Source of the DNA: Thermodesulfobacteriota bacterium
GTDB lineage: Bacteria; Desulfobacterota; Desulfobulbia; Desulfobulbales; SURF-16
NCBI GenBank assembly: GCA_039715015.1
Contig: JBDLIE010000064.1
Coordinates: forward strand, 1 to 14,142
DNA length: 14,142 bases
Direction of reading: 5' to 3'
Below the pieces are notes generated by a model that searched no databases, was not told the DNA's origin, and saw only the letters and a program-made list of their open reading frames with translations. A program made the position numbers and the translations under genes. Shown here piece by piece: positions 7,038 to 14,142 of the stretch (within the stretch, counting starts at the first letter, position 1; each line of letters begins with the position of its first letter).

Positions 7038-8020
7038 CCAACTCAGAGCTGGCATTTATCAAGGGGGTGGCATCCCTGGCTGCCGGCCAGGCGCCCGGGC
7101 TTGTCAAAGGCATTGGCGATGATTGCGCGGTTCTTGTTAAAAACGCTGGGGAGGTCCTGCTGGTCACCACCGACACCCTGGTTGCGGATATCCATTTTAA
7201 CCTGAAATGGCACCCGCTTCATCTTCTGGGCCGCAAGGCCGCAGCCGTGAATTTGAGCGATATTGCCGCCATGGGTGGTGTGCCGCGCTATGCCCTGCTT
7301 TCAGCGGCCCTTAGCTCTGGGCTTTCGGAGGAAGGCCTCCAGGAATTTATGGCCGGCTTTGTTGAGATGCTCAGCCACTATAATGTAGTACTTGTCGGCG
7401 GCGATACTGTTGCGGCTCCCTGCCCAACCTTCAGTATTACACTGCTGGGCGAGATGGCCGGCTCCCAGACCTGTTATCGTGCTGCAGCCCAAGAGGGTGA
7501 CGAGGTATGGGCCAGTGGTTTTCTCGGCGAAGCTGCCGCCGGTCTGGCCCTCTGCAAGCAGGGCGATGATGTGCCCCAGCAGTTTGCCTCTCTGGTTCAG
7601 GCCCATCTTGACCCGCAACCACGCATAGCCCTTGGCCGTTTGCTGGCCGCCTCCGGTGATGTCCATGCCATGATGGATCTCTCCGATGGCCTGGCCACCG
7701 ATCTTGCCCATATCTGCTCGGCAAGTAGCCTGGCGGCCCAGGTTGATGCCCATCTCCTCCCCCTTTCTGTTACAATAAAAAAGGCTGGCGAATTTCTCGG
7801 CTATGATGCCCAGCAGTGGGCGCTCAGCGGTGGCGAAGATTATGAGCTTCTCTATACGGTGTCTCCAGGCGCTGGGGAGGCCCTGGCCCGCCAGGTCAAA
7901 AAAGAGCTCGATCTGCAGGTGAGACGCCTTGGCCGGATGACCAGGGGGGAGGGTGTCTTTTTGCTGGAAGATGGCCAATCTCGTCAGATTTCCTACCAGG
8001 GCTATGAGCATCACCTCTAG
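7034..8020 (+). CDS. thiL: Thiamine-monophosphate kinase
   Basis: GIGDDCA, TTDTLV, NLSDIAAMGG, GGDT, DLSDGL, GGEDYEL and GYEH motifs. ATG 7034 overlaps the ptsI stop (ATGA). Confidence 0.95.
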   Translation: MTNSELAFIKGVASLAAGQAPGLVKGIGDDCAVLVKNAGEVLLVTTDTLVADIHFNLKWHPLHLLGRKAAAVNLSDIAAMGGVPRYALLSAALSSGLSEEGLQEFMAGFVEMLSHYNVVLVGGDTVAAPCPTFSITLLGEMAGSQTCYRAAAQEGDEVWASGFLGEAAAGLALCKQGDDVPQQFASLVQAHLDPQPRIALGRLLAASGDVHAMMDLSDGLATDLAHICSASSLAAQVDAHLLPLSVTIKKAGEFLGYDAQQWALSGGEDYELLYTVSPGAGEALARQVKKELDLQVRRLGRMTRGEGVFLLEDGQSRQISYQGYEHHL

Positions 8021-8035
8021 CTCTCTTGTCGAATA

Positions 8036-8044
8036 TGGTACAAT
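8036..8044 (+). promoter_or_regulatory. Possible extended -10 sigma70 promoter for the primase-helicase-like gene
   Basis: TG-G-TACAAT in an AT-rich 78-nt gap; AAGGAG RBS at 8084-8089. Confidence 0.35.
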
Positions 8045-8098
8045 TAGGGCAAAGATAATAAGTATATATGATTTCTTCAGGGTAAGGAGTCCCCTGCT

Positions 8099-9874
8099 AT
8101 GGCACTTCATGAAAAATTAGCGCGATTTTATCAGGATAATCTGCCCGGCGCCGTTATCGATGGCACCATGCTCAAAGCACCCTGTCCGTTCTGTGAAAGC
8201 AGGGGGCGCAAAGAGGCCGGGACCTTGGTGGCCTTTTTGAATGCCGACGGTTTTTTTGCCGGCTATTTCCGTTGTCTGAACCGTTGCGTGCCCGGTGGTT
8301 TTGCACCCCATTTTGCCAGGCTGAGCACGCTTGATGCCGACACCTTACCCGATCATGATCCAGACCAGCAGCCTTACGTCCAGGAGGCTGATTGGCCCTT
8401 GAAAAATATCAACCAGGATGTCCTCAAATTTCAAAACAGCATGACCTCCAGCGTGCGGGAAGGCTTTGCCGAAGTGGGTGTGGGCAGCGGTGTTCTTCAG
8501 GAGTTACGGGTCGGTTTTAATGGCCGCTATATTATCTATCCTTATTTCCAGGAAAATGGCTGCAGCTATGCGGCCCATTGTCTGGCGCCTCAAGGGAGCG
8601 GTGAGGAGTTCTGGTATGGCGATGAGAATTTTTCCAGCGAGGAGTTTCGCCTCTTTAACCTGAAGGATATCGGCTATTGCCAGGATGGCGCACTCTTTGT
8701 CGTTGAAGGCGAGGAGAATCTTCTCTGCCTGCGGCAGCATGGCTATCCGGGGGTTGCTGTGCCCAGGGCAGATGATCTTGCCGCTGTTGACACCCAGCGT
8801 TTTGATGCCATTAAGACCGTTTTTCTGGTTGTGAACCACAGCCCGGAATCTGAGGCGGCAGCGCGTAGTTTTGCCGCCCGGCTGGGCTTCAAGGTCCGTC
8901 TCTTTAGGTGGCCGGCCCATGCCAAGCGTGATTTTAATCTGGCCCGGATGGCGCGGGATGAGGGAGATAACTTTAAGGCCGAACTCCAGAAAATGGTTGG
9001 CGCTGCCCGGGCCTTTTCGCCCTTTAACACTCCTAAACGAGAGTATAATCTTTTTGTTGAAAATCTTGATCGCAGTCAGAGTGTAAGCTACCAGGCCCTT
9101 AGGACCGGCATGACCTGTTTGGATGAGGCCCTGGGTGGCATCCATGGCATCAATATCATTGGTGGTGCCCCCAAGGCGGGCAAGAGCTGTTTTTCCATCC
9201 AGCTTGCCAGCCAGATGGCTGCCAGCAAGGTGCCGGTGATCTATTATGATTTTGAAAATGGCCGCCAAAAAATCTATCAACGGACCTTGGCCCGCTTGAG
9301 CCGGTTGGCGGTGGATCGTTTTCAGGGTGAGATGGAAGGTGATGACAGGGAACGTTTTGATCAGGCCCAGGAGGAATTACGCAACATGATGTCCTGGTTC
9401 CGGGTGGTTAATGACCGTAAGCTGAATCCGGAGATCATGCGCCGTCATGTCGATTTCCTCCGTCATGAAACCCATCGGGATGACGCTGTGATCGTTATCG
9501 ACTCTCTCCACAAGCTGCCCTTTAAGGAATTTTCGGAGCGCCGTACCGGTATTGATGCCTGGCTGCGGGAGATGGAGTCCATCCGCGACGAGTATCATGT
9601 ATCCTTCCTGGTCATTTCTGAGCTCAACCGCCAGGACGGTGGCCGTTATGATGGCGTGCCTCATATGGGGTTATTCAAGGGTTCCGGCGATATTGAGTAC
9701 ACCGCCGATAATGCCATGGTCTTTCTTCCTGATTGGGATCCGGTGGACAGCAGCACCGATGACCGGGTCAATTCTCTGTGGCTCGTGGCCAGCCGCGAAA
9801 ATTCTCCAGGTCTGGTGGCGCGTTATCATCTTGATTACCCCTTCTGGGGATTTACTGAGGTTGCGGCAGGGTAG
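8099..9874 (+). CDS. Zinc-finger / TOPRIM / DnaB-like SF4 helicase fusion (T7 gp4/Twinkle-like architecture)
   Basis: C29PFC32...C59LNRC63; TOPRIM-like LFVVEGEEN; TGxxxLDxxLGG; Walker A GAPKAGKS; YYDFE; Walker B VIVIDSLH; ISELNR; KGSGDIEYTAD. Confidence 0.85.
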   Translation: MALHEKLARFYQDNLPGAVIDGTMLKAPCPFCESRGRKEAGTLVAFLNADGFFAGYFRCLNRCVPGGFAPHFARLSTLDADTLPDHDPDQQPYVQEADWPLKNINQDVLKFQNSMTSSVREGFAEVGVGSGVLQELRVGFNGRYIIYPYFQENGCSYAAHCLAPQGSGEEFWYGDENFSSEEFRLFNLKDIGYCQDGALFVVEGEENLLCLRQHGYPGVAVPRADDLAAVDTQRFDAIKTVFLVVNHSPESEAAARSFAARLGFKVRLFRWPAHAKRDFNLARMARDEGDNFKAELQKMVGAARAFSPFNTPKREYNLFVENLDRSQSVSYQALRTGMTCLDEALGGIHGINIIGGAPKAGKSCFSIQLASQMAASKVPVIYYDFENGRQKIYQRTLARLSRLAVDRFQGEMEGDDRERFDQAQEELRNMMSWFRVVNDRKLNPEIMRRHVDFLRHETHRDDAVIVIDSLHKLPFKEFSERRTGIDAWLREMESIRDEYHVSFLVISELNRQDGGRYDGVPHMGLFKGSGDIEYTADNAMVFLPDWDPVDSSTDDRVNSLWLVASRENSPGLVARYHLDYPFWGFTEVAAG

Positions 9875-9937
9875 GTAATGTTTTTCGGAACTCACCGATG
9901 AATCGTATTTCTCAACAACTGGTTGCTCCCGGTTTTT

Positions 9938-10015
9938 GTAGGCCCCACCCTGTGGGCGATTGTTGGCCTGTGGCACGATGCCGGCATTATTATCGCCCAC
10001 AGGGTGGGCTCCTAC
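9938..10015. repeat. GTAG-family REP doublet (REPIN-like inverted pair)
   Basis: GTAGG-C-CCCACCCTGTGGGCGAT (9938-9960) and inverted ATCGCCCACAGGGTGGG-CT-CCTAC (9992-10015). The core is a 17-bp perfect match, and each unit contains the palindrome CCCAC-CCT-GTGGG. Confidence 0.8.
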
Positions 10016-10087
10016 GGGGTGGCATGCCATTGCCACTTTTTGAGAAAATACAAAAAGAAACTTGAAGCATCCCTTTATCCCGTCACC

Positions 10088-12082
10088 ATGACCCTCTTTA
10101 AAATCCACAGTCCATACGCACCAGCCGGCGATCAGCCCCAGGCCATTGCTGCCCTGAGTAAAGGGGTGCTCGATGGCGTTCGCGATCAGGTTTTGCTGGG
10201 GGTGACCGGTTCGGGTAAGACCTACACCATGGCTAAGGTCATTGCCAGCACCGATCGGCCAGCCTTGGTTTTGGCCCATAACAAGACCTTGGCCGCCCAG
10301 CTTTTCGCCGAATTCAAAGAACTCTTTCCCGAAAATGCGGTGGAGTATTTCGTCAGCTATTACGATTATTACCAACCCGAGGCCTATATTCCCCAGTCCG
10401 ACACCTATATTGACAAGGACTCTTCCATCAATGACGCCATCGACAAAATGCGCCATTCGGCCACCCGCTCGTTACTTACCCGCCGCGACGTTATTATCGT
10501 GGCCTCGGTATCCTGCATCTATGGCCTGGGGTCCCCGGATGAGTATAAGAACATGCACCTCTTCCTTAAGAAGGATGAAGAGTATGCCATGGACGAGGTG
10601 CAGCGCCGGCTGGTCCATATGCTTTACGAGCGCAACGATCTCTCCTTTCATCGCGGCACCTTCCGAGTCCGCGGTGATGTGATCGAGATCTTTCCGGCCT
10701 ACGAGGAGGAGCTTGGGGTGCGGGTGGAATTTTTTGGCGACACCGTGGATGCCATCACCCTGGTTGATCCGTTACGCGGCGTGGTAATTGACGAGCTTTC
10801 TGAGATCACCGTTTTTCCATCCAGCCATTTTGTCACCTCCAAGGAGGTCGTCAACCGAGCCATGTATACCATTAAGGATGAGCTCAAAGACCGCCTGGAT
10901 TTTTTTCAGCAGGGAAACAGGCTGGTTGAGGCCCAGCGCCTTGAGCAACGCACCCTCTTTGATCTGGAGATGATAAGCGAACTTGGTTATTGCAACGGCA
11001 TTGAGAATTACAGCCGTCATCTCACCGGCCGTAAACCCGGCGAGCCGCCTCCCACCCTGCTCGACTATTTCCCCGAAAATTTCCTGCTCTTTGTGGACGA
11101 GTCCCACATGTCCATTCCCCAGATCGGCGGCATGTTTAAGGGGGACAGGTCACGAAAAACAACCCTCAGTGAATTCGGGTTCCGCCTGCCTTCGGCCCTG
11201 GATAATCGGCCCCTCAGGTTTGAGGAGTTTGATAAGCGGATTAATCAGGCCATTTACGTCTCTGCCACCCCTGGTGATTTTGAAATGGAGCGGGCCCAGG
11301 GCCGTGTTGTTGAACAGATCATCAGGCCAACAGGTCTGCTCGATCCGGAAATTGAGGTGCGGCCCGCCAAGCATCAGGTGGATGATCTCCTTGCTGAGAT
11401 CCGTATTCGCGAAAAGAAGAAGGAGGCAGTGCTGGTCACCACCCTGACCAAGCGGATGGCAGAGGACCTCACCGATTATTATGAGAACCTGGGGGTGGCG
11501 GTGCGTTATCTTCACTCCGACATCAAAACCCTGGAACGGGTCCAGCTCATCAAGGAGCTGCGCCAGGGCGATTATCAGGTTCTGGTGGGTATTAACCTGC
11601 TGCGCGAAGGCCTTGATATGCCGGAGGTCACCCTGGTTGCGGTGCTGGATGCAGATAAGGAGGGCTTCCTGCGCTCTTCCCGCTCCCTGGTCCAGACCTG
11701 TGGCCGGGCGGCCCGTAATGCCCGAGGCAAGGTTATCCTCTATGGCGATGACATTACTGGCTCCATGCGCTATACCATTGATGAGACCAACAGAAGGCGC
11801 GCCATCCAGCAGTCCTACAATGAGAAGCATGGCATCACGCCCACCACGGTGTCTTCCGCCATTAAGGATGTTATGGAAACGGTGTATGAAATGGCGCCTG
11901 CCACCCTTGCCAAGGCCGCCGAAGAAGAGGTGGTCTACCGATCTGTGGAGCAGGTGCACAAGGCCATTGTCGCCAAGGAAAAGGAGATGCAGGCCGCCGC
12001 CAAGGTGTTGAATTTCGAACAGGCCGCTGAACTGCGTGACGAGATCAAAATGCTCAAAGAGATGGAACTTGCATGGCTGTAA
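10088..12082 (+). CDS. uvrB: Excinuclease ABC subunit B
   Basis: [64 protein letters not shown] and a C-terminal UVR coil ([11 protein letters not shown]). Start placed at ATG 10088. Confidence 0.98.
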   Translation: MTLFKIHSPYAPAGDQPQAIAALSKGVLDGVRDQVLLGVTGSGKTYTMAKVIASTDRPALVLAHNKTLAAQLFAEFKELFPENAVEYFVSYYDYYQPEAYIPQSDTYIDKDSSINDAIDKMRHSATRSLLTRRDVIIVASVSCIYGLGSPDEYKNMHLFLKKDEEYAMDEVQRRLVHMLYERNDLSFHRGTFRVRGDVIEIFPAYEEELGVRVEFFGDTVDAITLVDPLRGVVIDELSEITVFPSSHFVTSKEVVNRAMYTIKDELKDRLDFFQQGNRLVEAQRLEQRTLFDLEMISELGYCNGIENYSRHLTGRKPGEPPPTLLDYFPENFLLFVDESHMSIPQIGGMFKGDRSRKTTLSEFGFRLPSALDNRPLRFEEFDKRINQAIYVSATPGDFEMERAQGRVVEQIIRPTGLLDPEIEVRPAKHQVDDLLAEIRIREKKKEAVLVTTLTKRMAEDLTDYYENLGVAVRYLHSDIKTLERVQLIKELRQGDYQVLVGINLLREGLDMPEVTLVAVLDADKEGFLRSSRSLVQTCGRAARNARGKVILYGDDITGSMRYTIDETNRRRAIQQSYNEKHGITPTTVSSAIKDVMETVYEMAPATLAKAAEEEVVYRSVEQVHKAIVAKEKEMQAAAKVLNFEQAAELRDEIKMLKEMELAWL

Positions 12083-12762
12083 AAAATGAGTGGAAACGAA
12101 AACTGTTGCTGGCCCTGGCACCGCTCATCTATAAAATGGTGATCGGTTTTCTGTTTGCCAGTTGCCGGAAAAGAACACTGGGGAGAGAAATCTTCCAGGG
12201 CCTGGTGGATTCCGGCCAACCCTTCATCATCACCTTCTGGCATTATAATGTCCTCTATGCCTCTCTGTCCGGCGGTAAACTACCCATGGTGGCCATGGTC
12301 AGCCCCAGCAAGGATGGCGAGTTTATTGCCCGCATCATGGAGTCGAAAGGCATTTCCACAGTGCGGGGCTCGCGTACTAAAGGCGGCGTTGGGGCGATTA
12401 AGGGTTTATTAAAGGCCGTGCGCCAGGGTCGCAGTCCGGTGATTATTGCTGATGGTTCCCAAGGGCCGGCCAAGGTGGTCCAGGGCGGTTCCATTATCCT
12501 TGCCAGCCGGGCCGGGATTCCCATTGTGCCGATGAGCTGGTCCTTTAGCAGCTACAAGCTCTTTCGAAGCTGGGATAAAACCTTGCTTCCCATGCCTTTT
12601 TCCAGGATGGTATGGGTGATAGGGGAACCCTTAACAGTGCCGGGCAAGCTTGATGGCGACGGTGTTGAGGAGTACCGTCTCATTCTGGGGGAGAGGCTGA
12701 TGGCGACCTACGAAGCAGCCTGGGGAGAGTTTTCCCAAAAGGGACATGACGAAAAACTGTGA
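12073..12762 (+). CDS. DUF374 / lysophospholipid acyltransferase family protein
   Basis: FWH, SxSKDGE, VRGS, ADGSQGP and [12 protein letters not shown] motifs; N-terminal hydrophobic helix; overlaps the end of uvrB by 10 nt. Confidence 0.85.
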   Translation: MAVKNEWKRKLLLALAPLIYKMVIGFLFASCRKRTLGREIFQGLVDSGQPFIITFWHYNVLYASLSGGKLPMVAMVSPSKDGEFIARIMESKGISTVRGSRTKGGVGAIKGLLKAVRQGRSPVIIADGSQGPAKVVQGGSIILASRAGIPIVPMSWSFSSYKLFRSWDKTLLPMPFSRMVWVIGEPLTVPGKLDGDGVEEYRLILGERLMATYEAAWGEFSQKGHDEKL

Positions 12763-12774
12763 GGAGGAAAAGAA

Positions 12775-12915
12775 ATGCGTAAAATACAAGTAATACTAGG
12801 CGTGCTGGCTCTGCTCATTCATCTCGTGGCCCGTGGTGGCATGGCGGTCATCTTGCTCGGCATTATCATCGGCGCCCTCTTGGTGCCGATGCTGGTGCCA
12901 ACGGAAGCCGCTTAA
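12775..12915 (+). CDS. Small (46-aa) hydrophobic membrane protein, absent from the ORF track
   Basis: GAGGAGG at 12761-12767, 7 nt before the ATG; translation MRKIQVILGVLALLIHLVARGGMAVILLGIIIGALLVPMLVPTEAA; begins 12 nt after the upstream stop. Confidence 0.7.
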   Translation: MRKIQVILGVLALLIHLVARGGMAVILLGIIIGALLVPMLVPTEAA

Positions 12916-13007
12916 TATTGTTATGGGATAAGAATTAGCATTGCTTCACTGTGCCCAGGATGCATGGAACCCCAATGCCAGCTGGCTACAGCAGGATAGC
13001 CAAGGAA

Positions 13008-13024
13008 CTGGCGTATTTTTTGCA
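13008..13024 (+). promoter_or_regulatory. Sigma54 (-24/-12) promoter
   Basis: CTGGCGTATTTTTTGCA, with GG at 13010-13011, exactly 10 nt, then GC at 13022-13023. It has TGGC and TTGCA contexts and is intergenic, oriented toward 13171. Confidence 0.6.
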
Positions 13025-13170
13025 ATAATCACCGGAAAGGAGGGCTATATATCCCGCCTGGCAAGCTCAACTGGAATTAATCGAAATAGGGGAGTCAATT
13101 TGATCTCTTATTTGACCTTAGAAGCTTAATAGCAAGCACAGAGTGTAGAATAAAAAGAGAGGTGCTCGAT

Positions 13171-13893
13171 ATGAAAAGACTATTTTTCCCCATTCTTGCG
13201 GCGCTGATTTTTATCAGCGCCTGCACCACTTACAAAACTCAGTATACCGGGTTCAGGCCGCCAGAGGACTACGCAAATACCCAGAGAATTGGTGCTGCCA
13301 CCATTGGAGCAGAAGCATACCCCGATAAAAAAGTAGCAAAAAACGCTTTTGGTTTTGACATTAAGGGCGCGGGGCTCCTTCCTGTTCAGCTGGTGATGAA
13401 TAACCCAGGATCTATCGGCTATGAAGTCGTCACCTCGCAAACTTTTCTCGTTGACCAGACAAACCGCTACTGGCAGCTGATACCAAACAAAGTCGCAGTG
13501 GAAAGAGTTGAGGAGGCAACAGCAACAGGTGCAATAGCCAAAGGTGCCGGGAAGAAAGCCATGTTGGGGGCCGCTGGAGGTGCCATCCTTGGGGCTGCTC
13601 TCGGTATTGTGACCGGCGATAATGTTGGCGAAGCTGCCGGGAAAGGTGCGGTTATCGGCGGTGCTGGCGGTGCTCTGATTGGCGGAACCATGGCAGGAAC
13701 TTCCAAGGAGCGAGAATATCGAATTTCGGATGACCTTCGAGACAAAGGCCTAGAGGGGAAAATTATACCACCGGCAAGTCTTGCCAACGGTTTTCTCTTT
13801 TTTCCGGCTGAAGCAAAAAGTGCTAAAGAACTGCGCGTGCAGCTCAGGGAGAAAGAAACTGGAAGAGTTCACCTGCTGCTGCTTCCTTTTTAA
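13171..13893 (+). CDS. Lipoprotein with glycine-zipper domain
   Basis: GAGGTG RBS before ATG 13171; MKRLFF signal peptide with lipobox ISA-C; GxxxGxxxG repeats (GAAGGAILGAALG...GAVIGGAGGALIGG). Confidence 0.82.
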   Translation: MKRLFFPILAALIFISACTTYKTQYTGFRPPEDYANTQRIGAATIGAEAYPDKKVAKNAFGFDIKGAGLLPVQLVMNNPGSIGYEVVTSQTFLVDQTNRYWQLIPNKVAVERVEEATATGAIAKGAGKKAMLGAAGGAILGAALGIVTGDNVGEAAGKGAVIGGAGGALIGGTMAGTSKEREYRISDDLRDKGLEGKIIPPASLANGFLFFPAEAKSAKELRVQLREKETGRVHLLLLPF

Positions 13894-14142
13894 GCACAAT
13901 AAAGAGGGAATCCTCTCATGGAAAGGTCATAAAAAGGGGCAAGTCCGCCCTTGGCTTTTGCTCAGTATTTTTGGAAGCTGAGTACATTTTTTATGTTTTT
14001 TGTTTCCTAAGCCCTTAGCCTTTTACAACAAGGCGAACTGAATAGGGCAGTCATTTGATGACAATTTTCTTACCCACCTGCTGCGGCATCGTAATTTTGA
14101 GGTGAGCCTGTCATTCGCCGCTTTTGGGCACCCAGAATAAAT

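Noticed and set aside
8099..9874. Prophage or integrative element around the primase-helicase
   Set aside because: No integrase, structural genes, att-like repeats or other cargo; flanked directly by thiL and uvrB.
9923..10087. Extended uvrB N-terminus from TTG 9923
   Set aside because: It translates the REP doublet; UvrB similarity begins at ATG 10088.
7301..12121. Long antisense ORFs (7301-8110, 8504-9280, 9671-10456, 11150-12121)
   Set aside because: Shadow frames opposite conserved genes, expected from codon bias; no motifs.
12941..13129. 62-aa ORF in the gap before the glycine-zipper lipoprotein
   Set aside because: TTG start without a good RBS; overlaps the sigma54 motif; no features.
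13696..13723. GGAACTT-N16-TCGAA inside the lipoprotein gene
   Set aside because: Intragenic, the -10 differs from the local motif, and there is no evident target; likely chance.
13903..14002. Short hairpins after the last gene as an intrinsic terminator
   Set aside because: Stems are only 5-6 bp or have large loops, and I cannot tell which, if any, terminates.

Overview
A chromosomal, mostly housekeeping region with no integrase, transposase, CRISPR array or rRNA/tRNA. Gene content and style suggest a Desulfobacterota (deltaproteobacterial) organism, which is an inference. In order: a DUF1566-type lipoprotein (+); a convergent minus-strand envelope-stress cluster (ECF sigma, zinc-binding membrane anti-sigma, DegP/HtrA protease); then a divergent plus-strand run of a 119-aa hypothetical, HPr, PTS enzyme I, ThiL, a zinc-finger/TOPRIM/DnaB-like primase-helicase fusion, UvrB, a DUF374 acyltransferase-family protein, an uncalled 46-aa membrane protein and a glycine-zipper lipoprotein behind a sigma54-type promoter. 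Main leads: (1) the 119-aa hypothetical ends in an SspB-like ClpX-docking tail and sits head-to-head with the sigma/anti-sigma pair; (2) matching GAACTTTT...TCTTAT ECF promoter motifs lie upstream of degP and directly over the sigma start codon, and that sigma has a signal-peptide-like N-terminus; (3) the primase-helicase fusion has lost its primase acidic residues; (4) intergenic hairpins include two REP-like elements and a 93-nt nested stem hiding a strong RBS.
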